Part shown: positions 1-8,480 of the stretch, in pieces
Position numbering within the stretch: the first letter of the stretch is position 1
Layout of the letters: each line of letters begins with the position of its first letter
NCBI GenBank assembly: GCA_044869275.1
Contig: JBIOXB010000180.1
Span: 1-32,081, forward strand
DNA from: a bacterium
GTDB taxonomy: Bacteria; Zhuqueibacterota; Zhuqueibacteria; Zhuqueibacterales; Zhuqueibacteraceae
DNA: 32,081 bases
Direction: 5' to 3'
Position numbers and translations under genes: made by a program
The notes under the pieces: generated by a model
Databases searched by the model: none
What the model saw: the letters and a program-made list of their open reading frames with translations, nothing else
Told to the model about the DNA's origin: nothing

Positions 1-11
1 TTCAGCATGCC

Positions 12-79
12 GTCATTCCCGCGCAAGCGGGAATCCAGGGAGCACGAGGAACTTGGATTCCCGCTTTCGCGGGAATGAC
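12..79. repeat. REP-like palindromic doublet (GTCATTCCCGC...GCGGGAATGAC, dRS3-like ATTCCC-N8-GGGAAT core)
   Basis: gtcattcccgcgcaagcgggaatcc and ggattcccgctttcgcgggaatgac are inverted copies, each itself a hairpin. A degenerate copy lies near 3122-3200 and a half copy near 3508-3528. Confidence 0.85.
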
Positions 80-219
80 AGGTTTTCATCATGATAGGGT
101 GTCAATCCGGACATGGCAATTCTTACAAATGACAGTGCTGCTTTTCTTGCAAATACGAGAAGTTAACGTTGTAATAATAGTCATGACAACAAGAAACTCC
201 TCTCATGGGCTGACATGCT

Positions 220-1200
220 ATGCAATACGTCAATCTTGGCAAAACTGGTTTGAAGGTGTCGCGCCTGTGTCTTGGCATGATGACCTACGGCTCGCCGCAA
301 TGGCGCGAATGGGTGTTGACGGAAGAACAGGGCCGGCCATTCATCCAGCGCGCTCTCGAGTTGGGGATTAACTTTTTTGATACTGCCAATATGTACTCCC
401 TCGGTGTCAGCGAAGAGATCACCGGCCGCGCTTTGCGCGATTTTGCCCGCCGCGACGAAGTCGTGATCGCGACCAAAGTCTTTTTCCCCATGGGTGACAA
501 ACCCAATCAGGGCGGCCTGTCGCGCAAGCACGTGATGCACGCCATTGACGCCTCTTTGCGCCGCCTGGGAACCGACTACATTGATCTCTATCAAATTCAT
601 CGCTTGGATAAAGAGACGCCGATTGCAGAAATGCTGGAAGTATTGCACGAAGTGGTAAAGGCGGGCAAGGCGCGCTACATTGGCGCTTCGAGCATGTATG
701 CGTGGCAATTCGCCAAAACCCTGTACCTCGCCGACCAGCACGGGTGGACGCGCTTTGTCACGATGCAGAATCATTACAATCTGGTGTATCGCGAAGAAGA
801 GCGTGAGATGCTTCCGCTCTGCCGGGAGGAAGGTGTCGGCATTATTCCATGGAGTCCGCTGGCACGAGGCTTTCTCGTGGGCAATCGCACGCTCAACAAA
901 GCCGGAGACACCGCCCGCGCGCAAACCGACAAATTCGCGCACGAGATGTACTTTCAACCGGGTGATTTCACCATCGTGGATCGCGTCGCCGTGCTGGCGA
1001 AACGCCGCGAGGTCTCTGCCGCGCAAATAGCGCTCGCTTGGCTGCTGCACCAGCCGGGCGTCACTGCACCGATCATCGGTGCCAGCAAGATGCCGCAATT
1101 GGAGGAAGCCGCGGCCGCGCTGAACCTCGGACTTTCGCCGGAAGAATGTGCGTTTTTGCAGGAGCCTTATCAGCCGCACCCGGTGTTGGGACATAGTTAG
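220..1200 (+). CDS. Aldo/keto reductase
   Basis: 326 aa; LGKTGLKVSRLCLG start, FFDTANMY, IATKV, DLYQIHR, PWSPLARG and APIIGAS AKR motifs. Confidence 0.95.
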   Translation: MQYVNLGKTGLKVSRLCLGMMTYGSPQWREWVLTEEQGRPFIQRALELGINFFDTANMYSLGVSEEITGRALRDFARRDEVVIATKVFFPMGDKPNQGGLSRKHVMHAIDASLRRLGTDYIDLYQIHRLDKETPIAEMLEVLHEVVKAGKARYIGASSMYAWQFAKTLYLADQHGWTRFVTMQNHYNLVYREEEREMLPLCREEGVGIIPWSPLARGFLVGNRTLNKAGDTARAQTDKFAHEMYFQPGDFTIVDRVAVLAKRREVSAAQIALAWLLHQPGVTAPIIGASKMPQLEEAAAALNLGLSPEECAFLQEPYQPHPVLGHS

Positions 1201-1221
1201 GCCGCATTTAGCACATCAGAG

Positions 1222-1373
1222 TTAGCTTGACAATTTTAGCTTAAATTCAAGCCCTCTCAATCTGTCATGCTGTAAGCATCTTCGCCAGATTTTAGTGCAG
1301 CCCTCTTGGGAAGATGCTTACAGCATGACAGAGAACGGGGGCTTTGAGGACTAACTTAACATTGTCAAGTTAG
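1222..1373. mobile_element. MITE-like element with inner 23-bp perfect palindrome
   Basis: TTAG direct repeats at 1222-1225 and 1370-1373; terminal IR CTTGACAAT (1226-1234)/ATTGTCAAG (1361-1369) extending imperfectly inward; inner perfect IR tctgtcatgctgtaagcatcttc 1261-1283 / 1310-1332. Confidence 0.7.
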
Positions 1374-1431
1374 AATGAAATCTGAAAGTCTTTATGATCA
1401 ACTGATTGATTGAGAGCGGCAAGAGCCTGTC

Positions 1432-1593
1432 TAATTCATAAAATTAAACCGCCGAGACGCCGAGTTCACAGAGAACATCAAGTTGTCGAAAACCGTCGGC
1501 CAAAAGCAGCCACTTTCATGCTTCTTAACGAGATCCACGTCATCTAAACTTTTTTAATCTCTGCGTGCTCGGCGACTCCGCGGTTATGAATTA
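1432..1593. repeat. Inverted repeat element with 9-nt periodic arms
   Basis: aaccgccgagacgccgagttcacagaga (1447-1474) versus tctctgcgtgctcggcgactccgcggtt (1558-1585), plus outer taattcat/atgaatta. Confidence 0.65.
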
Positions 1594-1688
1594 TTCAGGT
1601 TAGAATTCGCCCACTATCACAAGACAACCGCAACACGGAGATGCGCCGGCGGGACGCCTCTACAGATTGTACAAAGATTGGAGCCAGC

Positions 1689-2207
1689 ATGAATACTTCC
1701 ACCAGTACGGCACAGCATAAAGCCCTCGCCGCCGAGCGGGGGCCGGTTCCGGTGGCAATTGTGACGGTGAGCGATTCGCGCACGCCGGAGACGGATACCA
1801 ACAAGCATTACTTGCAAGCGCAAATCGAGCACGACGGCCATCGCGTCGCGGTTTATCATTTGATCAAGGATGAACCGGCACAGGTGGCCGAGGTATTGGA
1901 AGAATTATCGCACAGCGAAGCACGCCTCATTTTGTTCAACGGCGGCACCGGCATTTCCACGCGCGACACGACCTACGACGCCTTGAGCCGCAAGCTGGAA
2001 AAAACGCTGCCCGGCTTCGGTGAATTATTTCGCATGTTGAGCTATGAACAAGTCGGCGCAGCCGCCATGCTTTCACGCGCGACAGCCGGCGTCTACCGCG
2101 GCAAGGTCATTATCTCAACCCCGGGCTCGCCGGCAGCAGTACAGCTTGCGTGGGAGAAACTGATCGCGCCCGAGCTCGCGCACTTGGCATGGGAAGTGGC
2201 GAGGTAA
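1689..2207 (+). CDS. moaB: Molybdenum cofactor biosynthesis protein B (MoaB/Mog family)
   Basis: [46 protein letters not shown] and STPGSPAAV motifs; GGAG RBS before ATG 1689. Confidence 0.9.
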   Translation: MNTSTSTAQHKALAAERGPVPVAIVTVSDSRTPETDTNKHYLQAQIEHDGHRVAVYHLIKDEPAQVAEVLEELSHSEARLILFNGGTGISTRDTTYDALSRKLEKTLPGFGELFRMLSYEQVGAAAMLSRATAGVYRGKVIISTPGSPAAVQLAWEKLIAPELAHLAWEVAR

Positions 2208-2248
2208 TCCCTTCCAATCGCAGCTAAACCGCAGCAGAAGAATCTCTG

Positions 2249-2299
2249 TCCGAAGATTTCGCAGATAAAGAATCTGTGTGAATCTGCGAATTCAGCGGA
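2249..2299. repeat. Short inverted repeat (CGCAGAT/ATCTGCG family)
   Basis: tccgaagatttcgcagat (2249-2266) versus atctgcgaattcagcgga (2282-2299), 15/18 complementary. Confidence 0.6.
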
Positions 2300-2732
2300 T
2301 AATGTGACGTCGTCAAGTTAAATAGAAATCCCTCTGTATGTTCTCCGCCCGCGCTGGGGTTATCTTTCGGTTGCAGCACTCCCGCCTATTGTGATTTCTC
2401 AATTTTGGATTTGAACCATCCGCCTCGACTCCAGTTCTATGTTACTTGAACCTGTTATACATATGTTCATATTATATTGTCTTGTTTTTGGCTTGACATT
2501 CGAGCCATGATAGTTTGTTTTGTCTTTTTAATATAGACATATATTATGCATAAATTATACATATAGTGAACAATACTTTATTTTGTCTCAATTTTTGACA
2601 TTTAAAAATCACGGTATAATCGCAGGAAGAACAGAGTCGGATTGACTTGCTTATAGCCTTGTCACAACTCGCAGAAGTTTGCTCTTTGGGTGTTGCTCAA
2701 ACCACCATTACCATTTCATAGGAGGTCGCACT

Positions 2733-3177
2733 ATGAACAAGGCGAAGTGCTTGTTCGTTTTTGCTCTGCTCACCGGCATGGCGCACGGCGAGGTTGCCCA
2801 CGCACAGACCGCGCGGCTGGAGGTGATTCACAACGCGGCGGATCCCACTGCAGCAATAGTCGAAGTTTATTTGAACTCCGCTTTCAGACTGTGTGAAAAC
2901 TTGGTAATGCCGCACCCTGAGCTTGTCGAAGGGTGCTAAGTTCAAAAATCCGGCTTCGACAAGCTCAGCCGGCGTTGAAACCAAGCGTTTTCACACAATC
3001 TGTTTGTTGTTGAACGATTTCGCATTCCGCCAAATATTCAACGTCGCGGGTCAAGTGGTGAAAACTTTGATAAAACATTTTGCGCAAGAATACGTCTATC
3101 AATTTACCGGAGGACTATGCTGTTACTCCCGCGATGACGGGAGTCCACGCATGCGGGTGCCAGGAGTCATCCACTAA
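2733..3177 (+). pseudogene. Remnant of a secreted DUF4397-like protein, interrupted by a MITE and internally deleted
   Basis: GGAGG RBS, signal peptide, then ARLEVIHNAADPTAAIVEVYLN. Removing 2885-3002 plus one TTT restores SALLLNDFAFR in frame, followed by IFNVAGQVVKTL, which resembles a T9SS/FlgD-type C-terminal domain fragment. Confidence 0.7.
2885..3002. mobile_element. 118-bp MITE with 16-bp terminal inverted repeats and TTT target duplication
   Basis: cagactgtgtgaaaac (2885-2900) / gttttcacacaatctg (2987-3002), 15/16; TTT at 2882-2884 and 3003-3005; inner perfect IR ctgagcttgtcgaag 2917-2931 / 2954-2968. Confidence 0.85.
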
Positions 3178-3230
3178 TGGACTCACACTTTCGCAGCGAT
3201 TTTTTACAGGATATTTATTAGGCTCCTTTA

Positions 3231-3476
3231 GAACACGGATAACGCGGATTCACACGGATTTTTCTGATCAAAAGCTCTTTTCTTATGCTTGAATAAGTTG
3301 AGGCGAGTAAAATCAAAGCCGGCCGTTTTTTCGTCGTCAAATTTGTTCAACTCAGTCTCACAGGTTGTTTTCGCAAACGTGCCATTAGTGAAAAGTACTT
3401 TGACCGCCAGAGTTAATTTGACCAATTCAACGGCACAGGAAAACCAAAATCCGCCTAATCCGTGTCATCCGTGGTC
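3231..3476. repeat. Inverted repeat element with CGGAT 9-nt periodic arms
   Basis: gaacacggataacgcggattcacacggatttt versus aaaatccgcctaatccgtgtcatccgtggtc (3446-3476), enclosing about 180 bp of non-coding DNA. Confidence 0.65.
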
Positions 3477-3546
3477 AAAATAGTATGAAAAACTGCCTTT
3501 GAAAAACTTCTGCTTTCGCGGGAATGACGAACCACGAAGGACCGTA

Positions 3547-4413
3547 ATGAACGCTTGCCAGGGATATTCCGCCTACAATAAACTCCGCCATTTGCCGCAG
3601 TTTCACGGTTTGGAGTTATTGGAGGCCAGTTATCAAGATCACGTCTTCCCGCGACATTGGAATGAGTCTTTCATCATTCAATTGGTCGAGCAGGGCGTGA
3701 ACGGATTCTATTGTGACGGCAAGGTTCACACCGCGCCCGCGGGCAGCATCGTATTGATCAATGCGTATGAAGTGCATACCGGCTATTCCGCCGGCAAGGT
3801 TCCATTGATTTACCGCAGCCTCTATCTCACCCACGATTTCCTGCGTCGCGTCTGCGCGCAAATCGACGCCGGCTTTGAGACCGCGCCGTTGCTGTCTGCA
3901 CATGTGGTTCATGATGCGCGGCTTGCCGGGTTGATCCGTCAAATTCATGGCGCAGCCGAAGGGGCATGCGACGACCTTTGCGTCCACACCCGACTGCTGC
4001 AGGCGCTATCACGCGTCTTACACTGCTATGTCAACGTGCCGGTGCGCGCGCCGTCGGCGGGGCATGAAATGGCGGCAGTGCGACGCGCGCGGGAATATTT
4101 GCACGCGAATTATTCTCAAAACGTCTCACTCGCAGAGCTGGCGCGGCATTCCTATCTCAGTCCCTACCATCTTTTGCGCACGTTCCGCAAGGCGCTGGGC
4201 ATGCCGCCGCACGAGTATTTGACCAATTTGCGTATCGAGCGCGCCAAGCGTCATTTAGCGGCAGGTATTCCCATCTCACAAGTTGCCCTCCAGACCGGCT
4301 TTATCGACCAAAGCCACCTCCATCGCCGCTTCAAGCATCTCGTCGGCATCACTCCCGGCCAATTTCTCAAAATGAGCAATTTTGTACAAGACCGTAAACG
4401 GGCGGTGCATTAA
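3547..4413 (+). CDS. AraC-family transcriptional regulator
   Basis: N-terminal cupin (FPRHWNE...EVHTG); C-terminal double HTH (SLAELA...SPYHLLRTF...GFIDQSHLHRRFK...GITPGQF). Start could be 3499 or 3547. Confidence 0.93.
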   Translation: MNACQGYSAYNKLRHLPQFHGLELLEASYQDHVFPRHWNESFIIQLVEQGVNGFYCDGKVHTAPAGSIVLINAYEVHTGYSAGKVPLIYRSLYLTHDFLRRVCAQIDAGFETAPLLSAHVVHDARLAGLIRQIHGAAEGACDDLCVHTRLLQALSRVLHCYVNVPVRAPSAGHEMAAVRRAREYLHANYSQNVSLAELARHSYLSPYHLLRTFRKALGMPPHEYLTNLRIERAKRHLAAGIPISQVALQTGFIDQSHLHRRFKHLVGITPGQFLKMSNFVQDRKRAVH

Positions 4414-4511
4414 TTTCACCTGGATCGTCACCGTATGACTGGGTCGAAGTGCTTTTCAAACAAGCTGCAAGAGAAAATGCTGAGCATAAATTTATTCCCG
4501 GAGAAAATCTT

Positions 4512-5657
4512 ATGAACATACCTCTTCATCGTCTGCTTTCGCTGTTTGCGATATTCACGCTGGCCACAGCGTTCGCGCAGCCCGCGGCAAAGCTGGAGTA
4601 TGTTTGCCCCATGCGGTGCGACAATCTCACCTACGAAAAAGAGGGTGTTTGCACGGTGTGCGGCATGGCTCTCGTCGAAAAAGGCCGGGCGGCACAAGCC
4701 ACTGCAGCGTCGCGGCCCGCCAGGCAGCAGACACTGGCGCGAAGCAAAAACGTCGCCATCTTTATTTTTGAGGGCGTGCAGATTATCGACTATGCCGCGC
4801 CCTACGAGGTTTTTGGCCAGGCTGGGTTTGAGACTTTTACCGTCGCGGAGAAAGCCGGGGCCATCACCACCGCGATGGGCATGAGCGTCAATCCGAGATA
4901 TACTTTTGACAATCACCCGCATGCCGACATTCTGCTCATTCCCGGCGGTGGCGTGCCACAGCATCAAGATAATCCCAAAGTCATTGAATGGATTCAGAAT
5001 AAAACCAAGGAAGCCGAAGTCGTGCTCTCGGTTTGCAACGGCGCATACTTTCTCGCCAGAGCCGGCTTGCTCGACGGCCTGGAAGCGACGACCTTTGCTG
5101 CTTTGATTCCCGGCCTGCAGGCGGCCGCGCCAAAAGCAAGGGTCGTTTCGAACAAAAGGTTTGTGGATAACGGCAAGATCGTGACATCCGCAGGACTTTC
5201 ATCGGGAATCGATGGCGCGCTGCACGTGGTCGAAAAGCTGCTCGGCCGCGGCTGGGCCGAAGTGATCGCCACCAATCTCGAATATGATTGGGATCCGGAA
5301 TCAAAATATGTGCGCGCCGCCCTGGCGGACAAACATCTGCGCAGCACTTACGGTTTCATGAGCAGTTTCGAGCGCGAAGTGTTGAGCAACAATGGGAACG
5401 GCGAGTATTGGGAAAGCAAGTGGAAATTGCAGACCGAGTCCTCGCCGGCGGAAGTATTGGAGCGCCTGGACAATAGTTTAGCAACGGAGAACAAATGGGT
5501 GCGGCAGAATGCGGCTCAATCAAATGGCACCATGAAAAGTTTGTGGAAGTTTCTCGATCCACAGCAAAAAAGCTGGACTGGCACCGCCAGCGTCGAGGCC
5601 GTGCCGGGAGAGAACAACAGGCTTATCGTGACGATGGCGGTGCGTCGCGCTGACTGA
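4512..5657 (+). CDS. Secreted DJ-1/PfpI-family protein with N-terminal heavy-metal-binding (HMBD-like) knuckle
   Basis: Signal peptide; YVCPMRCD...GVCTVCGMAL; IIDYAAPYEVF; LLIPGG; nucleophile elbow LSVCNGA; VTSAGLSSGID; extra C-terminal domain of about 110 aa. Confidence 0.88.
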   Translation: MNIPLHRLLSLFAIFTLATAFAQPAAKLEYVCPMRCDNLTYEKEGVCTVCGMALVEKGRAAQATAASRPARQQTLARSKNVAIFIFEGVQIIDYAAPYEVFGQAGFETFTVAEKAGAITTAMGMSVNPRYTFDNHPHADILLIPGGGVPQHQDNPKVIEWIQNKTKEAEVVLSVCNGAYFLARAGLLDGLEATTFAALIPGLQAAAPKARVVSNKRFVDNGKIVTSAGLSSGIDGALHVVEKLLGRGWAEVIATNLEYDWDPESKYVRAALADKHLRSTYGFMSSFEREVLSNNGNGEYWESKWKLQTESSPAEVLERLDNSLATENKWVRQNAAQSNGTMKSLWKFLDPQQKSWTGTASVEAVPGENNRLIVTMAVRRAD

Positions 5658-5830
5658 AGCAACCGGCATTTCCGCAGACGGGCGAATCATCGTCGGGAAT
5701 GGCACGAGCTCGAACGGACAAAGCTATGGCTGGATTGTAGAACTGCCTTGAAAGGATCATTTGCAGATGGCGTAACCCGTAGCTATCTTTAGCAAGAAGC
5801 CGGCTGAATTGCACAGAGCTCGAAACGATC

Positions 5831-6976
5831 ATGGCTGCCATCCTTTCCGAGAAAAAGACTTCCCTCCCAAACCGCTGGATCATTTGGAGCATCGTGGCCG
5901 GGTTTTGGATTGCGGTCGGCGTGCTTTCGGCGGTGCAGTTTTATTACACACTGTTGGGGGAGAAAGTCCCTATCTCTGGGCAGAAGGTGTTTTCCGTACA
6001 GGCCGCGCAGTGGTTTTTATGGATACCATTTTCCGGCGTGATCCTGTGGCTGGGCTGGCGCTTTCCGTTTCAACGCAAGCATTGGGCGGCGCGCTCAATA
6101 ATTCATCTGGCCGCGAGCACGGCCATTGCTGCTGTTCACGTCACCTTGCATGCGCTGGTCATCGTTGTGCTTAAGCCTTTTCCCTGGCGGACCAATTATG
6201 CATTTTCCGGAGTCTTTTGGGGACAGCTGCAATCCCTCTTCGACCTCGATTTTTTGATTTATTGGGGCGTTCTAGGGGCGGGTGTGGCGGTTACCTATTA
6301 CCACAAGTATCGTGAAGGTGAACTGCACGCCGTGGCGTTGCAAGCGCAGTTGGCGCAGGCGCAACTGCAGGCGCTCAAAATGCAATTGCATCCGCATTTC
6401 TTGTTCAACACACTTAACGCCATCGCCGCGCTGGTGCGCAAGAATGAAAACCGCCACGCCACGGATATGATCGCGGGCTTGAGCGATTTGCTGCGGCTCG
6501 CCCTGGAAAACGCCGGCGCGCAGGAAGTCTCGCTGCAACAGGAATTGGAATTTCTCGAGCGCTATCTCGCCATCGAGCAGATTCGTTTTGGCGAGCGCCT
6601 GCAGGTACACATGCATATCGCCCCGGAAACGCTGGCAGCACGCGTACCCAATCTCATTCTGCAGCCGTTGGTGGAGAATGCCATCCGCCACGGCATTGCG
6701 GCGCGTTCCTCGGCGGGGACGATTGAAATCAGCGCGGTGCGCACCAGCAGCTTGCTGCGTTTGGAGATCGCCGATGACGGTCCGGGTTTGTCGCAGGAGG
6801 CGCAAACGAATTCCGGCGTCGGGTTGACGAATACACGCGCACGGCTGCAGCAGCTTTACGGCGTTGCGCAGAGGCTGCTGCTGAAAAACTCGGAACGGGG
6901 AGGGGCCGTGGTGACGCTGGAAATACCGTTCGCCCTGGCCACGCTTGAAGAGAAAGAGGAAAACCGGCATGGATAA
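5831..6976 (+). CDS. LytS/YehU-type membrane sensor histidine kinase
   Basis: About 4 TM helices; LKMQLHPHFLFNTLN H-box; LQPLVENAIRHG; DDGPG; GVGLTNTRARL. Confidence 0.95.
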   Translation: MAAILSEKKTSLPNRWIIWSIVAGFWIAVGVLSAVQFYYTLLGEKVPISGQKVFSVQAAQWFLWIPFSGVILWLGWRFPFQRKHWAARSIIHLAASTAIAAVHVTLHALVIVVLKPFPWRTNYAFSGVFWGQLQSLFDLDFLIYWGVLGAGVAVTYYHKYREGELHAVALQAQLAQAQLQALKMQLHPHFLFNTLNAIAALVRKNENRHATDMIAGLSDLLRLALENAGAQEVSLQQELEFLERYLAIEQIRFGERLQVHMHIAPETLAARVPNLILQPLVENAIRHGIAARSSAGTIEISAVRTSSLLRLEIADDGPGLSQEAQTNSGVGLTNTRARLQQLYGVAQRLLLKNSERGGAVVTLEIPFALATLEEKEENRHG

Positions 6977-7775
6977 AATTCGCACGCTCATCGTTGATGA
7001 CGAGCCGCTCGGGCGCGCCGGCATGCGTGTGTTGCTGGAGCGCGATGCCGAGATTGAGATCGTGGGCGAATGCGCCAATGGTGGCGAGGCGGTCGCCGCG
7101 ATTCGCGCCAACGCACCGGATTTGCTTTTTCTCGATGTACAAATGCCGGAGATGGACGGCTTTGAAGTGTTGGCGCAAGTGCCAACGGAACGTCTGCCGG
7201 TCGTGGTTTTTGTGACCGCTCACGATCAACATGCCTTGCGCGCCTTTGAGGTGCATGCCCTGGATTATTTGTTGAAATCCTATTCCGATGAACGTTTTGA
7301 AGCTGCACTCAGGCGGGCGAAAGAACAAATCCGCCAGAAGAAAGTCAACGAGGTCAGCGCACGGCTCATGGCCTTGCTCGACAGCCGAAGACAGGAGCGA
7401 AATCATGCGGAAGCACAAACACCAACGGAGAATGGTGCTTATTTGACCAGGCTCGTCGTCAAGAGTGGCGGACGCGTGTACTTTCTGAAAACTTCCGAGA
7501 TCGATTGGATCGAGGCTGCCGATTATTATGTGTACTTGCATACCGGCGCCAAATCTCATCTTTTGCGCGAGACGATGAACGAACTGGAAAAACAGCTCGA
7601 CCCGGCGAAATTTTCGCGCATCCACCGCTCCACGATCGTACATCTTGACCGCATCAAGGAGCTGCAGCCACAGGCGCACGGCGATTATGTTGTCATTTTG
7701 CAAAATGGCGCACACCTAAAGCTAAGCCGGAGCTATCGTCCCAAGCTTGAATCTGCTTTAGGGCGGTCTCTATGA
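6969..7775 (+). CDS. LytTR-family response regulator
   Basis: IVDDEP, FLDVQMP, FVTAH and DYLLK receiver motifs; C-terminal FSRIHRSTIV...LSRSY; overlaps the kinase stop codon. Confidence 0.95.
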   Translation: MDKIRTLIVDDEPLGRAGMRVLLERDAEIEIVGECANGGEAVAAIRANAPDLLFLDVQMPEMDGFEVLAQVPTERLPVVVFVTAHDQHALRAFEVHALDYLLKSYSDERFEAALRRAKEQIRQKKVNEVSARLMALLDSRRQERNHAEAQTPTENGAYLTRLVVKSGGRVYFLKTSEIDWIEAADYYVYLHTGAKSHLLRETMNELEKQLDPAKFSRIHRSTIVHLDRIKELQPQAHGDYVVILQNGAHLKLSRSYRPKLESALGRSL

Positions 7776-8048
7776 ACCGCGACTGGCAAGCCGCCTGCTC
7801 CATTTCGCTGCATTCCTTCTGCTGCTTGCTGCAAGAGCATTTATTCAAACAAGTGTCGTCCATATATTGTGGTGTGGTGAGCACTCGGCCAAATATTGTG
7901 TCACTTCGCATGTCACTAACACAAGCTGTCAAGACCTGGCGCGGCAACTTTTCGCTTTTGCGTTGCTCTTGCTGCTCATGGCGTGCAAAAATGCGAGTAT
8001 GAAATCGAGCTTTACAAAAATTGATTCTTAATACCGCGTAGAAGAATT

Positions 8049-8438
8049 ATGAATCAAGGCATTCGCCCCAAGCCGTTGATGCTCGTTTTGCTTCCGGTAG
8101 TGGTATTGGCTTGCGTCCGCCTATTCAGCACGTCAGCGATTCCGCTTGTACAGCATGAGCGCAACAATATTGAAATCGCGGGACTTGCGCTCGTAAAAGC
8201 CAAATCGGATTCGCAACGCGCCGACTATTTTTGTGCCAAAGTCGCTCCTGTACTGGCAAAGTGCCAGCCGTGCCATTTCAAAGGTGGCAAGATGTATGCG
8301 CAGCTTCCTTTCGACAACCCGAGAACCATTCGTTCTCTTGGCACGAAACTTTTCACGCGTATTCAAGATAAAAAAGAGCAGGCCGTCATTCGCATTTTTC
8401 TTGAACAAACTGAAGATTCAACCAAGACGACCAGATGA
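8049..8438 (+). CDS. Small exported/membrane-anchored protein with a CxxCH motif (possible c-type cytochrome)
   Basis: Hydrophobic N-terminus; VAPVLAKCQPCHFKGGKM. Confidence 0.6.
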   Translation: MNQGIRPKPLMLVLLPVVVLACVRLFSTSAIPLVQHERNNIEIAGLALVKAKSDSQRADYFCAKVAPVLAKCQPCHFKGGKMYAQLPFDNPRTIRSLGTKLFTRIQDKKEQAVIRIFLEQTEDSTKTTR

Positions 8439-8480
8439 GTTTCACTGTAGCATTTGAGGTTCATTTACCACGAGAACGCT

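Noticed and set aside
181..1194. 337-aa antisense ORF over the aldo/keto reductase
   Set aside because: Shadow ORF from codon bias; no motifs, and the plus strand gene is clear.
2595..2620. TTGACA...TATAAT as a canonical sigma70 promoter
   Set aside because: The spacer is 14 bp, too short; kept only as part of a low-interest finding.
5700..5715. TGGCACG as a sigma54 promoter before the LytS kinase
   Set aside because: The -12 GC is missing at the required spacing (reads CGAA).
7784..7799. TGGCAAG-CCGC-CTGCT sigma54-like site
   Set aside because: Spacing fits, but it is about 250 nt from the next start and such matches occur by chance in GC-rich DNA.
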